DNA of 64,000 nt from Candidatus Marinacidobacterales bacterium (GTDB lineage: Bacteria > Acidobacteriota > Vicinamibacteria > Marinacidobacterales > SMYC01), in contig OZ250169.1 of NCBI GenBank assembly GCA_965237955.1, forward strand, positions 6,848,001 to 6,912,000. The letters are read 5' to 3'. Numbering within the stretch: the stretch's first letter is position 1; each line of letters begins with the position of its first letter. Both the position numbers and the translations under genes were made by a program. Under the pieces are notes generated by a model, which had not been told where the DNA came from, made no database searches, and saw nothing but the letters and a program-made list of their open reading frames with translations. Of this stretch, positions 1-9,120 are shown in pieces.

Positions 1-483
1 AAAGTCGAGGCACGGGTGACGGCCTCGGTGGTGGAGGTCCTGTTCAAGGGAAAGCGCGTCGCGTCGCATCCCCGCAAGAAAGGAAAGGGGCACTACTCCA
101 CGAACCCGGAGCATATGCCACGTTCGCATCGGGAGCACCTGGAGTGGACGCCGTCGCGGCTGCTCCACTGGGCGGAGCAGTCAGGTCGCGCCACGGGAAG
201 GCTGGTTGCGGGGATTCTAGAGAGTCGGCCTCACCCGGAGCAGGGATTTCGCTCTTGCCTGGGAGTCATGCGACTAGGCAGCCGCTGGGGCAGTGAGCGT
301 CTCGAGGCCGCTTGCGCACGAGCGGAAGCTTTGAGCTCTTACAGCTATCGCACGGTGAAAAACATTCTCTCGGCTGGTCTGGATCGTGTGGTGCTCGAAT
401 CGGACGCCGAAGCGAAACCGCGAGAGGAGCACGAGAACATCCGAGGCGCGGATCACTACGAAGGAGGAGAGTCCCGATGCTGA
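1..483 (+). CDS. istA: IS21 transposase IstA, C-terminal part
   Basis: HMPxSHREHLEW...HPEQGFRSCLG...RLEAACARA...HENIRGADHY, typical IstA C-terminus. Confidence 0.9.
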   Translation, partial: KVEARVTASVVEVLFKGKRVASHPRKKGKGHYSTNPEHMPRSHREHLEWTPSRLLHWAEQSGRATGRLVAGILESRPHPEQGFRSCLGVMRLGSRWGSERLEAACARAEALSSYSYRTVKNILSAGLDRVVLESDAEAKPREEHENIRGADHYEGGESRC

Positions 484-1235
484 CACCCGAAACGATAGAA
501 AAGATGAACGCCATGAAGTTGTTCGGCTTGGTGTCCGCGTTCGAAACCCAGTTGAGCTCGAGCGAATACAAGGAGCTGAGCTTCGAGGAACGTGTGGGAC
601 TCCTGGTCGATGCCGAGTGGACCGCCCGCGAACAGCGTAAGCTTTCTCGACGACTGCGAGCGGCAAAGCTCCGCTATCCGGCATGTTTGGAGAACGTGAA
701 CTTCCAAGCGCCTCGAGGCTTAAACCGCGAACAGATCTTGAGCCTGGGCAACTGCCGCTTTGTCGGTGAGCGCCATAACCTGCTCATCACCGGCCCGACG
801 GGGATTGGCAAATCGTTCTTGGCTTGCGCCTTCGTGGAGCGGGCCTGTCGTCGCGGCTTCACCGGATGCTACGTGCGAGCACCGCGCTTGCTCCACGAGC
901 TCGCGGTCGCTCGTGGTGATGGTTCCTACGCCCGGCTTTTGACGAAACTCGCCAAGCTGGACTTACTGGCTATCGATGATTGGCTGCTTCACCCGCTGAA
1001 AGAATCGGAGAGACGGGATCTAATGGAGGTCATCGAAGACCGCGCCGAGCGTGGCTCCACACTCATCGCGACCCAGATTCCGCTCAAGCAGTGGCACGAA
1101 GCGATTGGCGACCCAAACCAGGCAGACGCTATCTGCGATCGCATTCTCCACAGCGCGCACCGCATCACTCTCAAAGGAGCTTCTCTGAGAAAGACCAAGG
1201 CTGCGCCAAAGGCATTTGACAACGCCGATGCATGA
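477..1235 (+). CDS. istB: IS21 helper AAA+ ATPase IstB
   Basis: Walker A GPTGIGKS, LLAIDDW, DAICDRILHSAHRITLKGASLR; SD AAGGAGG before ATG 477. Confidence 0.95.
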   Translation: MLTPETIEKMNAMKLFGLVSAFETQLSSSEYKELSFEERVGLLVDAEWTAREQRKLSRRLRAAKLRYPACLENVNFQAPRGLNREQILSLGNCRFVGERHNLLITGPTGIGKSFLACAFVERACRRGFTGCYVRAPRLLHELAVARGDGSYARLLTKLAKLDLLAIDDWLLHPLKESERRDLMEVIEDRAERGSTLIATQIPLKQWHEAIGDPNQADAICDRILHSAHRITLKGASLRKTKAAPKAFDNADA

Positions 1236-1581
1236 GCGAGCGAGGGACCACAGCGTCGATGCGATAAAAACGGGTGAAACCGCCAAACCCGGGGTACCAG
1301 ACGATGCGGCGCCAAAACGACGCGCGAGAATGCCTCAGGAAGCGTCTTCTCGAGCCAGGCCATACCCCAGCAACCCCCCGAAACCAGCCCCACATCGCCC
1401 GGGGTTCGGCCGCGGCAGGTCGCTGCCTACGGGAGCGGGAAGGTCGCTTCGCGTCTTTCCTTACGCCCGCTCCCTCCGGCACCGACCTGCCGCCCCTTGC
1501 TACACAACACGCAGGTAAGATAGGTTCACGTTTTCAATCAGTGGGAAGGAGGTCACCCAACACTTCATCGCTTCGATGAGC

Positions 1582-1649
1582 GTTCGGCTTCACCGGATTC
1601 GCTGTTCAGCTTGCTCTGGATTCGGCGTTCACGATGGCTGGAATACGCA
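1582..1649. repeat. IS21 right-end terminal repeats (3 x ~21 bp)
   Basis: GTTCGGCTTCACCGGATTCG / GTTCAGCTTGCTCTGGATTCG / GTTCACGATGGCTGGAATACG followed by terminal CA. Confidence 0.8.
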
Positions 1650-2407
1650 GCCTGCCCGCCCAGTTCTTGCTGATCTCGCTGAACAGACGGTGCTCCACTG
1701 GATTCCACTTGGATGTACCGGACGGATAGTGGGCTATGGTGATAGCGATGTCGTGGCGATTGCAAATCCGCGTTTGAAGCCCGTGCTTCCAACCCCGACA
1801 CCGATAGCCATTGCTGCCCCCGGCGTCTGCCAATATCGCGAGGTCACGGGCTGCAGGATAGCGTCGCCGTCCTTCCGTTCGCCACCACTTCTCGATGGCA
1901 TTCACGGCGAAGTCCGGGGTGTTGTACGAGGTACCAATGAACACTGTCCCGCGGTTCGCGAGCAGATCGTAGACGCCGTAGGGGATTGCGATGCCGTTCG
2001 ATTCGGAACGGAAGTCATGGTCTTTGACGAGAGTCGGCTCGCGGTTCCAGGCCTGCCCGCCGTTTTTGAATAATCCCACCAGCTCCCGTTTCTTCGTGTC
2101 TACGCTGATGATGGGATGACCAGCTGCGGCAAAACGCTCGCGCAGTTCGGCGATACACGCGAATTGGGTATCGCGATCTTCGGACGTGGCACCGCACAGC
2201 TTCTTGTGGTTCACCCGCAACGAGAAGCCGAGCTGTTTGAGCAGTCGACCGACGGTTTTGCTGCTGACGTTCACACCGAGGCTTCTTAGCTCGCAAGCAA
2301 TCTTGTCGGTGGTCCGCCGCGTCCATTTCACTCCCGTCATCGGATCGCCCGCGGTGTCGTGCTTCATGAGTTCTTCGATCTTGGCGATGACTTCTGGCGT
2401 TTTTTTT
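1650..2407 (-). pseudogene. ISAzo13 DDE transposase catalytic part, truncated by IS21 insertion
   Basis: HDTAGDPM...ISVDTKKRELVG...DHDF...ADAGGSNG...HYPSGTSKWNPVEHRLFSEISKNWAGR, then runs directly into the IS21 end. Confidence 0.88.
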
Positions 2408-3152
2408 GCACGGCGCGCCGTCCGCCACCCTTTCGCCGAACTCCGTCGAGCTCAACATCTCTCATTAGTAATTCCCTACGACCTCTGGCTACCGTGCTCG
2501 GATCCATCCCGAGCAGTTCGGCAATCTGTTGGTCGCCACCGTGACCGAGCTTCATGGCCTCGACTCCCGCGTAGAGACGGCGCTGCTTTTCATCGAGCAG
2601 GCTGTAGAAAAGAACGATCGCAGCCTTCAACTCCACGGGGAGCACGCGGACTCCCCCGACCCAGCCCAACGTGGAAGGTGACGCCTCATGTACCTGGCGG
2701 GCCGAGAGCTGTTGCTTGCGCGTGCTCACATCGGTGGCCAGATACAGATATCGGCCGAACACCTGCTCGCGCGCCAATCTTTTCTCTCGGACCAGTTTCA
2801 ACAGAGGAGCCTTGACGTCAACCTGCACCACGTCCTCGAGCTCGTCGACGTAGTAGCCTGCCTCACAGGCCGCGACCAACGCTTTTACCGTCGCAAGCAA
2901 CGTCCCGTACTTCGAGAACCACACTGAGCGCAACGACCAAAGACCTTTTCGATCGAACTGGGCGATCTCGTCCAACGTGTAGTAGCTACCACGGTGGGAG
3001 TAGCTTGTCCGATACGCCAACTCATTGAGCTTTCGGAAGACGGTCGAGTCCACATCGGTACCCAACACTGCCTTCAAATCATCGAGGGTAGCTATTTTGT
3101 GCTTCCTCAACAGGCGGTCGAGATCTTCAGACTGATAGCTCGTAGGTCTCAT
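2364..3152 (-). CDS. ISAzo13 transposase N-terminal ORF (extra N-terminal domain + HTH), linked to downstream ORF by a frameshift at A8
   Basis: LDEKQRRLYAGVEAMKLGHGGDQQIAELLGMDPSTVARGRREL...RRKGGGR; A8 run at 2400-2407. Confidence 0.8.
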   Translation of the reverse strand: MRPTSYQSEDLDRLLRKHKIATLDDLKAVLGTDVDSTVFRKLNELAYRTSYSHRGSYYTLDEIAQFDRKGLWSLRSVWFSKYGTLLATVKALVAACEAGYYVDELEDVVQVDVKAPLLKLVREKRLAREQVFGRYLYLATDVSTRKQQLSARQVHEASPSTLGWVGGVRVLPVELKAAIVLFYSLLDEKQRRLYAGVEAMKLGHGGDQQIAELLGMDPSTVARGRRELLMRDVELDGVRRKGGGRRAVQKKRQKSSPRSKNS

Positions 3153-3357
3153 AATAGGAGAAGTGCTCCTTGATAGGCGTAATCCTACCTAAAATGAGGA
3201 CCGTTTGCCAAACACGCGCTGGTTGCTGAAGATCTACAAATGTTCCGTTTCTAGGGAGCTTGCCAGGCTCTCGTGATGCCAGACGACATCGCGATCACGA
3301 CCTGAAACAGGAAGAGTGTGCTCAAAACTAGACAGTTATTTTGTCGGCGGCCCTTAG

Positions 3358-3862
3358 CACCAAAATGGGGGAGAAAATTGCCGTTCTCGACCGTGGCAAC
3401 GTGGAGTTTCTCTATCCCGACGACTGGAGCGCGACGCGCACAAAGACGGCCACCTCACGCTGAGCGATCCCACCGAGTCATGTCGCCTCAAGGTCTCCTA
3501 CACGAAAGTACCTCCCGAAGCGGCTGGCTTCCCCGTCGACCGGCTCTTGCGGCAACTCCTCTCCCGAGGCGGGATCGGAGACCGAGATCCAATCGAGCTC
3601 CGAGTCCAACCTCCGTTTCGCGTGGACCGACTACTCATATCCGTCCACCCACAAGAGGACCGGCGATGCCGCGGTGGCGCACGGACGGTTGCTTCTCGGC
3701 GCAAACGACCTGTTCCAGACCCTCATGACCCTTTATTACTGGGCCGACGACGCCTCGTGGGCGGTACCCATTTGGGAACGTATCTTCGAAACGGTGCAGT
3801 TCGGCGACGGGAGCCAGCTCGGGAGCCCGGAAGATCATTGGTCGCGACAGCGGCGGAACTAA
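3358..3862 (+). pseudogene. Frameshifted hypothetical protein, 5' end abutting ISAzo13
   Basis: Joined frames read KIAVLDRGNVEFLYPDDW...CRLKVSYTKVPP...TLYYWADDASWAVPIWERIFETVQFG. Confidence 0.5.
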
Positions 3863-3904
3863 ATTCCGAGAATCTCCGAAAAGTCGATGGCGGTCAGCTC
3901 GAGA

Positions 3905-4125
3905 GTCGGAGATCTGGCGGGCCATCCCCGAGGGCTCCTCGAACCTGCCGGCCACCGGCGGCTCTGCAAACTTCTACGACGTCACCGTTCGCACGGTACG
4001 CCCCGGACGGGCGCAGGAGTATCGCGCGCTGCAACGCCAGCTCAAAGGGGGTCTACGAGTCGATCCCGAGCAAGCCGGTGGTGGCTCGCTCCGTGCTGGC
4101 TTTCGGGGACGGAAGCAACCAGAAC
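3905..4125 (+). pseudogene. Gene fragment, possibly NIPSNAP-like dimeric barrel
   Basis: EIWRAIPEGS...FYDVTVRTVRPGRAQEYRALQRQLK with frameshift, no start or stop context. Confidence 0.3.
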
Positions 4126-4204
4126 CTGTCCCCTTTTCCGACGCACACGGGATCGCGCAGACGGAATCCGCTAAGCGTTTCTTACAGCAGCTCTAACAGG
4201 TCAG

Positions 4205-4328
4205 CTAGTCTCCTGGATCTTTGATTACTATACAAAGTTAGGCTTTTCGCCAGCCCATAAGATTCATGCACTTAGAAGTGTTTCGGCAAGCTCTGCTTTA
4301 TCTAGTTTGTTCTGATACAGGGGACTAG
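4205..4328. mobile_element. MITE (~116 bp) flanked by CTAG duplication, inserted in the HAD gene 3' end
   Basis: CTAG at 4205-4208 and 4325-4328; imperfect TIR TCTCCTGGATC / TCCCCTGTATC; removing it restores the HAD C-terminus RLADLLELL*. Confidence 0.8.
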
Positions 4329-4901
4329 ACGGTTTAGACGCTTTTCGCCGTCGATGCGTACGCCGATGAAGTAGACCTCGGCCGCGGCGGCGGATTCGCG
4401 GTCGTACCGGGAATCACCAATCATCCACGCTTCGCTCGGACTCACCCTCAAGAGCTCACAGGCTCGGAGGAGCATGTCCGGCGCTGGCTTTCCTTTCGGC
4501 ACGTCGTTGCCTCCGACGATGAAATCCGGTGTCGCACCGGAGCGCTTCACGATTTCAGAGGCGATGGATGCCTGCGTGTTCGTGCACACCGCGCTCGTCA
4601 GCTCGCGCTCCGCCAACCGCGCAAAAACATCCGGCACTTCCTCGGGAACACCGAGGTGATCGAGGTGGTCGAAGTAGTGGGCGTCGTAGAACGCCTCGAC
4701 TTCCGAAACTTCGTGGTTCGGAAAAAACGCATCGCGATCCTCCGTCGTGCTCTGCCCCCAGCTCGCCTCGTAGGCTTCGGTCGATATAGCTGGATAGCCG
4801 AGCTCGCGCGCGGCATGGTTCAAAAGCTGAAACCAGGCGGGGTAGCTGTCGATCAAAACTCCATCAAGGTCGAAAAGAATCGCTCGCGGTGTATCGGTCA
4901 T
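4302..4901 (-). CDS. HAD-family hydrolase (phosphoglycolate phosphatase-like); native stop at 4182 displaced by MITE
   Basis: ILFDLDGVLIDS, CTN, GKPAPD, MIGDS motifs. Confidence 0.9.
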   Translation of the reverse strand: MTDTPRAILFDLDGVLIDSYPAWFQLLNHAARELGYPAISTEAYEASWGQSTTEDRDAFFPNHEVSEVEAFYDAHYFDHLDHLGVPEEVPDVFARLAERELTSAVCTNTQASIASEIVKRSGATPDFIVGGNDVPKGKPAPDMLLRACELLRVSPSEAWMIGDSRYDRESAAAAEVYFIGVRIDGEKRLNRLVPCIRTN

Positions 4902-4906
4902 ACGCC

Positions 4907-6490
4907 TCATTCGAGTAGAAGACTGAGCTGCCGTTCCCCGTCATCGGGTAGCTCGCCGGTCTGTTTCTGGTAGAACGCACGTACGGTCGCAATGGTATCC
5001 GCGTCCTCGGCACGTTTGTCGTCACGATAAGCCTTGAGCCTGGCAAACCGGAGCGCGAGGCCGCCGGAATAATGCGGGCTTTTCTGGAGGTCGTTGAACG
5101 CGATTTCGACCACGAGCTCCGGCCGTACGTAGACGGTCCACTGGTCGCGCTTCGTCTCGATCTCCTGGAGCTTCGTCGTTTGCCACGCAAGAATCTCGTC
5201 GGTCATCCCTTTGAACGTTTTCCCAAGCATGACGTAGCTCCCGGTGTCCGGATCCCGGGCGCCCAAATGGAGGTTGCTGAGCCAGCCTTTGCGGCGCCCA
5301 CTCCCCCACTCCGCTGCGAGCACGACGAGATCGAGTGTGTGTGCCGACTTCACTTTCAGCCACGCTTTGCCGCGAGAGCCTGCTTCGTAGCAAGCATCGA
5401 GCGCCTTGGCCATGACGCCTTCATGTCCGGCAGCAAGCGCCTCGTCGACGAAACGCTTTGCCTCTTCCACGTCTTTGGTGACGATCCGTTGGATGACGAG
5501 GTTCTCGGGAAGCACCGAGCTCAGTTTCTGGAAACGCTCTTCGGCACCGCGGTCGATGAGCGACTCGCCCTCGAGATACAGGCAATCGAAGTAAACCGAC
5601 GTCAAAGGGAGCGCCTTCCGCATCGCGCCGACGTCGAGACGCCGCCCGAAGCGTCGCATCGTGACCTGGAATGGGTACGGACGTCCGTCTTTCTTGAGCG
5701 CGATCGCCTCGCCATCAAGGATGATGCTGTCGACATCGAGCGCCCGGATCGATTCCACGACTTCCGGGCAGGCGTGGCTGACGTCGTTGAGCCGTCGCGT
5801 GTAAACACGCACGTCGTCGCCTAACTTGTGGACTTGGATACGAGCGCCGTCGAGCTTGACCTCGAGCGCCACCGTCTCAAGCGTTGCCAGCGCGTCTTCG
5901 ACGTCATCGGCGGTTCGCGCGAGCATCGGCTGCACCGGCCGCAGAACTTCGACTTGGAAGCGCTCGAGCCCCGCCGCACCGTCCGACATCAACGTCCGCG
6001 CAACGAGACCGAGGTCGGCGGAGAGCATCAGCGCGCGGCGTACGTCCGCGGCCGGAAGCTCGGTTGCCTTGGCCACGGCTTCGATCATGATCCCTTCGAG
6101 AGACCCGTGGCGTACTTCGCCAACGAGCAAGCGTCCGATGAAGTCCTGTTCCGCCTCCGTCGCTTTGCGGTAGAGCTCTCGCAAGAGCTCCGTACGTTGC
6201 CCACTCGAGCCAGCTCCCGAGATGGACTCGAGCTCACCGAATGCCTTGTCCATGTCCGCAAGCTCGAGCTCGGGCGCGGTGGAGGCGGCGACGCTTCGCA
6301 ACGGTTCGAGCGCCGCGTAGCCGATACCGACCCGACCTTGCGGAATCGTCCCCGACAAGTAGCTCACGATGAGCGGTACTTCGTCCAGGGTTGCTTTCCC
6401 GAGCAGCGTCGCGAGATACGCCGCTTTGTTGAGACGGCTCCTCGTGGCCGCCATGCGCCCCGACGTTTCCACGAGCTCGGCGAACTTCAT
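4907..6490 (-). CDS. ligB: ATP-dependent DNA ligase (LigB-like)
   Basis: KLDGAR adenylation motif, ILDGEA, EGVMAK, WLKVK, ALRFAR...RDDK. Confidence 0.93.
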   Translation of the reverse strand: MKFAELVETSGRMAATRSRLNKAAYLATLLGKATLDEVPLIVSYLSGTIPQGRVGIGYAALEPLRSVAASTAPELELADMDKAFGELESISGAGSSGQRTELLRELYRKATEAEQDFIGRLLVGEVRHGSLEGIMIEAVAKATELPAADVRRALMLSADLGLVARTLMSDGAAGLERFQVEVLRPVQPMLARTADDVEDALATLETVALEVKLDGARIQVHKLGDDVRVYTRRLNDVSHACPEVVESIRALDVDSIILDGEAIALKKDGRPYPFQVTMRRFGRRLDVGAMRKALPLTSVYFDCLYLEGESLIDRGAEERFQKLSSVLPENLVIQRIVTKDVEEAKRFVDEALAAGHEGVMAKALDACYEAGSRGKAWLKVKSAHTLDLVVLAAEWGSGRRKGWLSNLHLGARDPDTGSYVMLGKTFKGMTDEILAWQTTKLQEIETKRDQWTVYVRPELVVEIAFNDLQKSPHYSGGLALRFARLKAYRDDKRAEDADTIATVRAFYQKQTGELPDDGERQLSLLLE

Positions 6491-6584
6491 CCCATCGCGA
6501 CGCTAGCACGGAAAAGAGAGACGGACAAAGTGACTCGGGAGAGGTGAATTGCCCGCAATGTGCTGACCGGATAGTATTTCGCAG

Positions 6585-7085
6585 ATGATCGGTACCACGC
6601 CGAGGACACCAAGCTCGACCGCAAGGTGGCGCTCAAGGTTCTCCCACCGGATCTAGCGGAAAGCGAGGAGCGGCGGACGATTCACACAGGAAGCCAAAGG
6701 AATCGCCGCGCTCAATCATCCCAACATCGTGACCGTCTACTCCGTCCAGGAAGCAGACGGCGTTCACTTCATCACGATGGAGCTCCTTCAGGGAAAAACC
6801 GTCACGGAGCTGTTACCGAGACACGGTTTGCCGTTGAACAAGTTTTTCGAGATTGCGATGCCGCTCGTGGATGCGATGGCCTCGGCTCATCAGCACGGCA
6901 TACCCACCGCGATCTCGAACCCGACAACATCATGTTGAACGACGAGGGCCGGCCCAAAGTCCTCGATTTCGGTTTGGCCAAGCTCAGACCCGAGCCTGGG
7001 GACGCGGCCGCGAGCTCGCTCCCCACCCAACCCGCGACTCAAGTCGGTCGCATCGTGGGGACGGTCCACTACATGTTGCCCGAGC
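6585..7085 (+). pseudogene. Ser/Thr protein kinase remnant
   Basis: MIGTT fused to AEDTKLDRKVALK (P-loop deleted), LNHPNIVT, HRDLEPDNIML, KVLDFGLAK, GTVHYM; several frameshifts, C-terminus missing. Confidence 0.85.
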
Positions 7086-7215
7086 GGTGCTTGCGCTGTT
7101 CGCTGTTGCTCAAGCAGCCGTTTTTTGATCGGGCGGCCACGAGGACCGCAGCTCGGCTACGCAAGGTTCCATGAGGTGGACGGTAACAGAGGCGAGCACG
7201 ACCGGCGCAAGCACC
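7086..7215. repeat. 130-bp nested inverted repeat (REPIN-like or structured RNA)
   Basis: GGTGCTTGCGC (7086-96) / GCGCAAGCACC (7205-15); inner stems TGTTCGC/GCGAGCA and CTGTTGC/GTAACAG. Confidence 0.55.
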
Positions 7216-7271
7216 CCACTACCCAGCTTCTTCGCCCTCGCGCCGTCCCCACCCGCGTGACGCGGTATCAC

Positions 7272-7760
7272 TCAGGGGGCAGCGACCTCGACCACAAAAA
7301 CGAGCTCTCTTTCGCCGGATACGGCCGTGATCTCCCAGCAACCCGGCGTTGGAAAGTACAAACGATTCGGTTCAAATCCCTTGTTGAGATACGAAGCATT
7401 GGGCTCGACTCTGAAGGGCGGTGCGTCCCCATCGAGCCGACGGCCCGTGATCTCGAGCTCCAGTCCTGGCGGTTTGATCCACATGATCCGATTGCCTTTC
7501 TCACCCGAGACCAGCGGCTGCCATGTTGCCCAAAGGCTGCGGTCGTCGTTCACGTACCACGGCCCGCTTCCGAACGGGGACGCACTCGGATCTTCGGGCG
7601 GAACATCCTTAACGGGATCGGTCGGATGGCATTGAAGCCTAAATTCTGGAACAAAGGGAGGGACTTGCTGTGGAGCGCCCTTCTGAGCAAAAGCCGAACT
7701 GGTTGCAACAACAAATAGGACAGTCACGGTCAACGCCGAGGCAGTTTCTCTACAAGACAT
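7272..7760 (-). CDS. Secreted hypothetical protein
   Basis: Signal peptide ending AFA-Q, SD AAGGAG, C-terminal FPTPGCWEIT. Confidence 0.7.
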   Translation of the reverse strand: MSCRETASALTVTVLFVVATSSAFAQKGAPQQVPPFVPEFRLQCHPTDPVKDVPPEDPSASPFGSGPWYVNDDRSLWATWQPLVSGEKGNRIMWIKPPGLELEITGRRLDGDAPPFRVEPNASYLNKGFEPNRLYFPTPGCWEITAVSGERELVFVVEVAAP

Positions 7761-7959
7761 GATGGCCTCTCCTTGGGTTCACATTGTGCCGATATCGTAA
7801 CGCATCTTGCCGTCTTCCTTGATCCCCCCGGTTGATGATGGAGAGTCAATAGTGTTCCAATCGGAGAACGGTTTGTGGCGCGTACCGTCATGGACGTCGT
7901 CGAATAATCCTTTGAACCTCTGGGCAGGCTCGGAAGTATTACTTAATGAGGAGAACTGA

Positions 7960-8328
7960 ATGAGCCTAGTCGGAAACATTCTTTGGCTGATCTTCGGCGG
8001 ACTCATTGCCGGGCTCGGCTACATTATCGGCGGGTTATTGATCTGCATCACCATCATCGGCATCCCGTTCGGCATCCAGACGATGAAGATCGGCGTCGCG
8101 ACCCTGATGCCTTTCGGCAAGGAGATCGTGGAGCTCGAGGACACCAACAGCCCGCTTCGCATCATCTTCAATGTGATTTGGATATTTCTGTTCGGCTGGG
8201 AGATCGCGATCGCCCACGCGGGCTCGGCACTCATCCTCGCTATCACCATCATCGGCATCCCGTTCGCGCTCCAGCATCTGAAGCTCATCCCGCTAGCGCT
8301 CCTCCCCTTCGGCCGCGACCTGCGCTAA
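7960..8328 (+). CDS. yccF: YccF-domain inner membrane protein
   Basis: Two repeats GNILWLIFGG...ITIIGIPF...LxPFG. Confidence 0.9.
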   Translation: MSLVGNILWLIFGGLIAGLGYIIGGLLICITIIGIPFGIQTMKIGVATLMPFGKEIVELEDTNSPLRIIFNVIWIFLFGWEIAIAHAGSALILAITIIGIPFALQHLKLIPLALLPFGRDLR

Positions 8329-8606
8329 CTCAGACGGAATACGTCTCCCTGAGAGATCACCAAGTTCCCTCGACGGTCCCACGATGCTGCGCGCGTCGCG
8401 CGGACGTTTCTTTCTCGTTGACTGCGAGTGCCCCCGTATACACCGTTGAGCTGCTCCAAGAGCTTTTTGCCTTCGTGCTTCTGGAGAAATTGTTCGAGAG
8501 CCATCGCAAAAACTTTGCTCCGCGAGACATCTAACTCGTCGGCCAGAGCTTCAGCTCGCTCGAACAGGGACTTGTCGATGGAGAGGGTTGTCGTGACGGT
8601 TGCCAT
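8325..8606 (-). CDS. RHH antitoxin (ChpI/MazE-like) read through into a stub of a MazF-like toxin
   Basis: TTLSIDKSLFERAEALADELDVSRSKVFAMALEQFL; ends with VISQGDVF, resembling a MazF/PemK N-terminus. Confidence 0.65.
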   Translation of the reverse strand: MATVTTTLSIDKSLFERAEALADELDVSRSKVFAMALEQFLQKHEGKKLLEQLNGVYGGTRSQRERNVRATRAASWDRRGNLVISQGDVFRLS

Positions 8607-8682
8607 GGACCGCACGTTTAGTATGGCAACTATTTACGGTTCTCCTGTCGTTTCGGGGGATCTGATTTGTGTTGGAGGGCAT

Positions 8683-8995
8683 GGCCTATGGACGCTGCCG
8701 CGATTGTGGAAAACGCCGGAAACTCCGGGCGAGAGAGGCGTTTAGGGAAAGGTTGTGAGCACGTACAAACGTGGAGCGGCGTTTTCCACAATCGCTTGGA
8801 AAACGCTTCGCGTTTCCCACGAGCGCCCACAGGCCCCTCCTGATATATATACAAGAAAAATTAATTCATATGGGATAAGGAAGGGGGGGCTCGATTAGTG
8901 GAGGCTATGGAAAACGCCCTTCCAGGCTTCGAAGAGAACTCAGTCGTGAGCAAGGTCTGAACGACCAGAACCGTGGGGGCGTTTCCCACAGCCTC
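8683..8995 (-). ncRNA. Candidate structured RNA (two related stem-loop modules) in the ISL3 left non-coding end
   Basis: Perfect 19-bp IR 8700-18/8777-95, 19-bp IR 8901-19/8977-95, outer stem 8683-96/8822-35; mismatches are A.C on plus (G.U on minus). Confidence 0.45.
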
Positions 8996-9120
8996 GTCTC
9001 CCGCTGAGGGGCAGTGGCATTTGGTGAGGCCCGTGGGTTGAGAGGGTAAGCCATGTGTAGATGCGCATCGGCGAGAACGCTAGAATCTTTTTTTCCGAAA
9101 GAGAAAAGAGCGTTCCCGCG

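Larger units (their letters stand above)
1..1649 (+). mobile_element. IS21-family insertion sequence (right part; left end outside window)
   Basis: istA C-terminus and istB overlap (ATGCTGA at 477-483); right end ...GGAATACGCA at 1649 is preceded by three internal repeats. Confidence 0.92.
1650..3357 (-). mobile_element. ISAzo13-family element, interrupted by the IS21
   Basis: Two transposase ORFs; candidate end CTAAGGGCCGCCGACAAAATAAC (minus strand) at 3335-3357. Confidence 0.8.
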
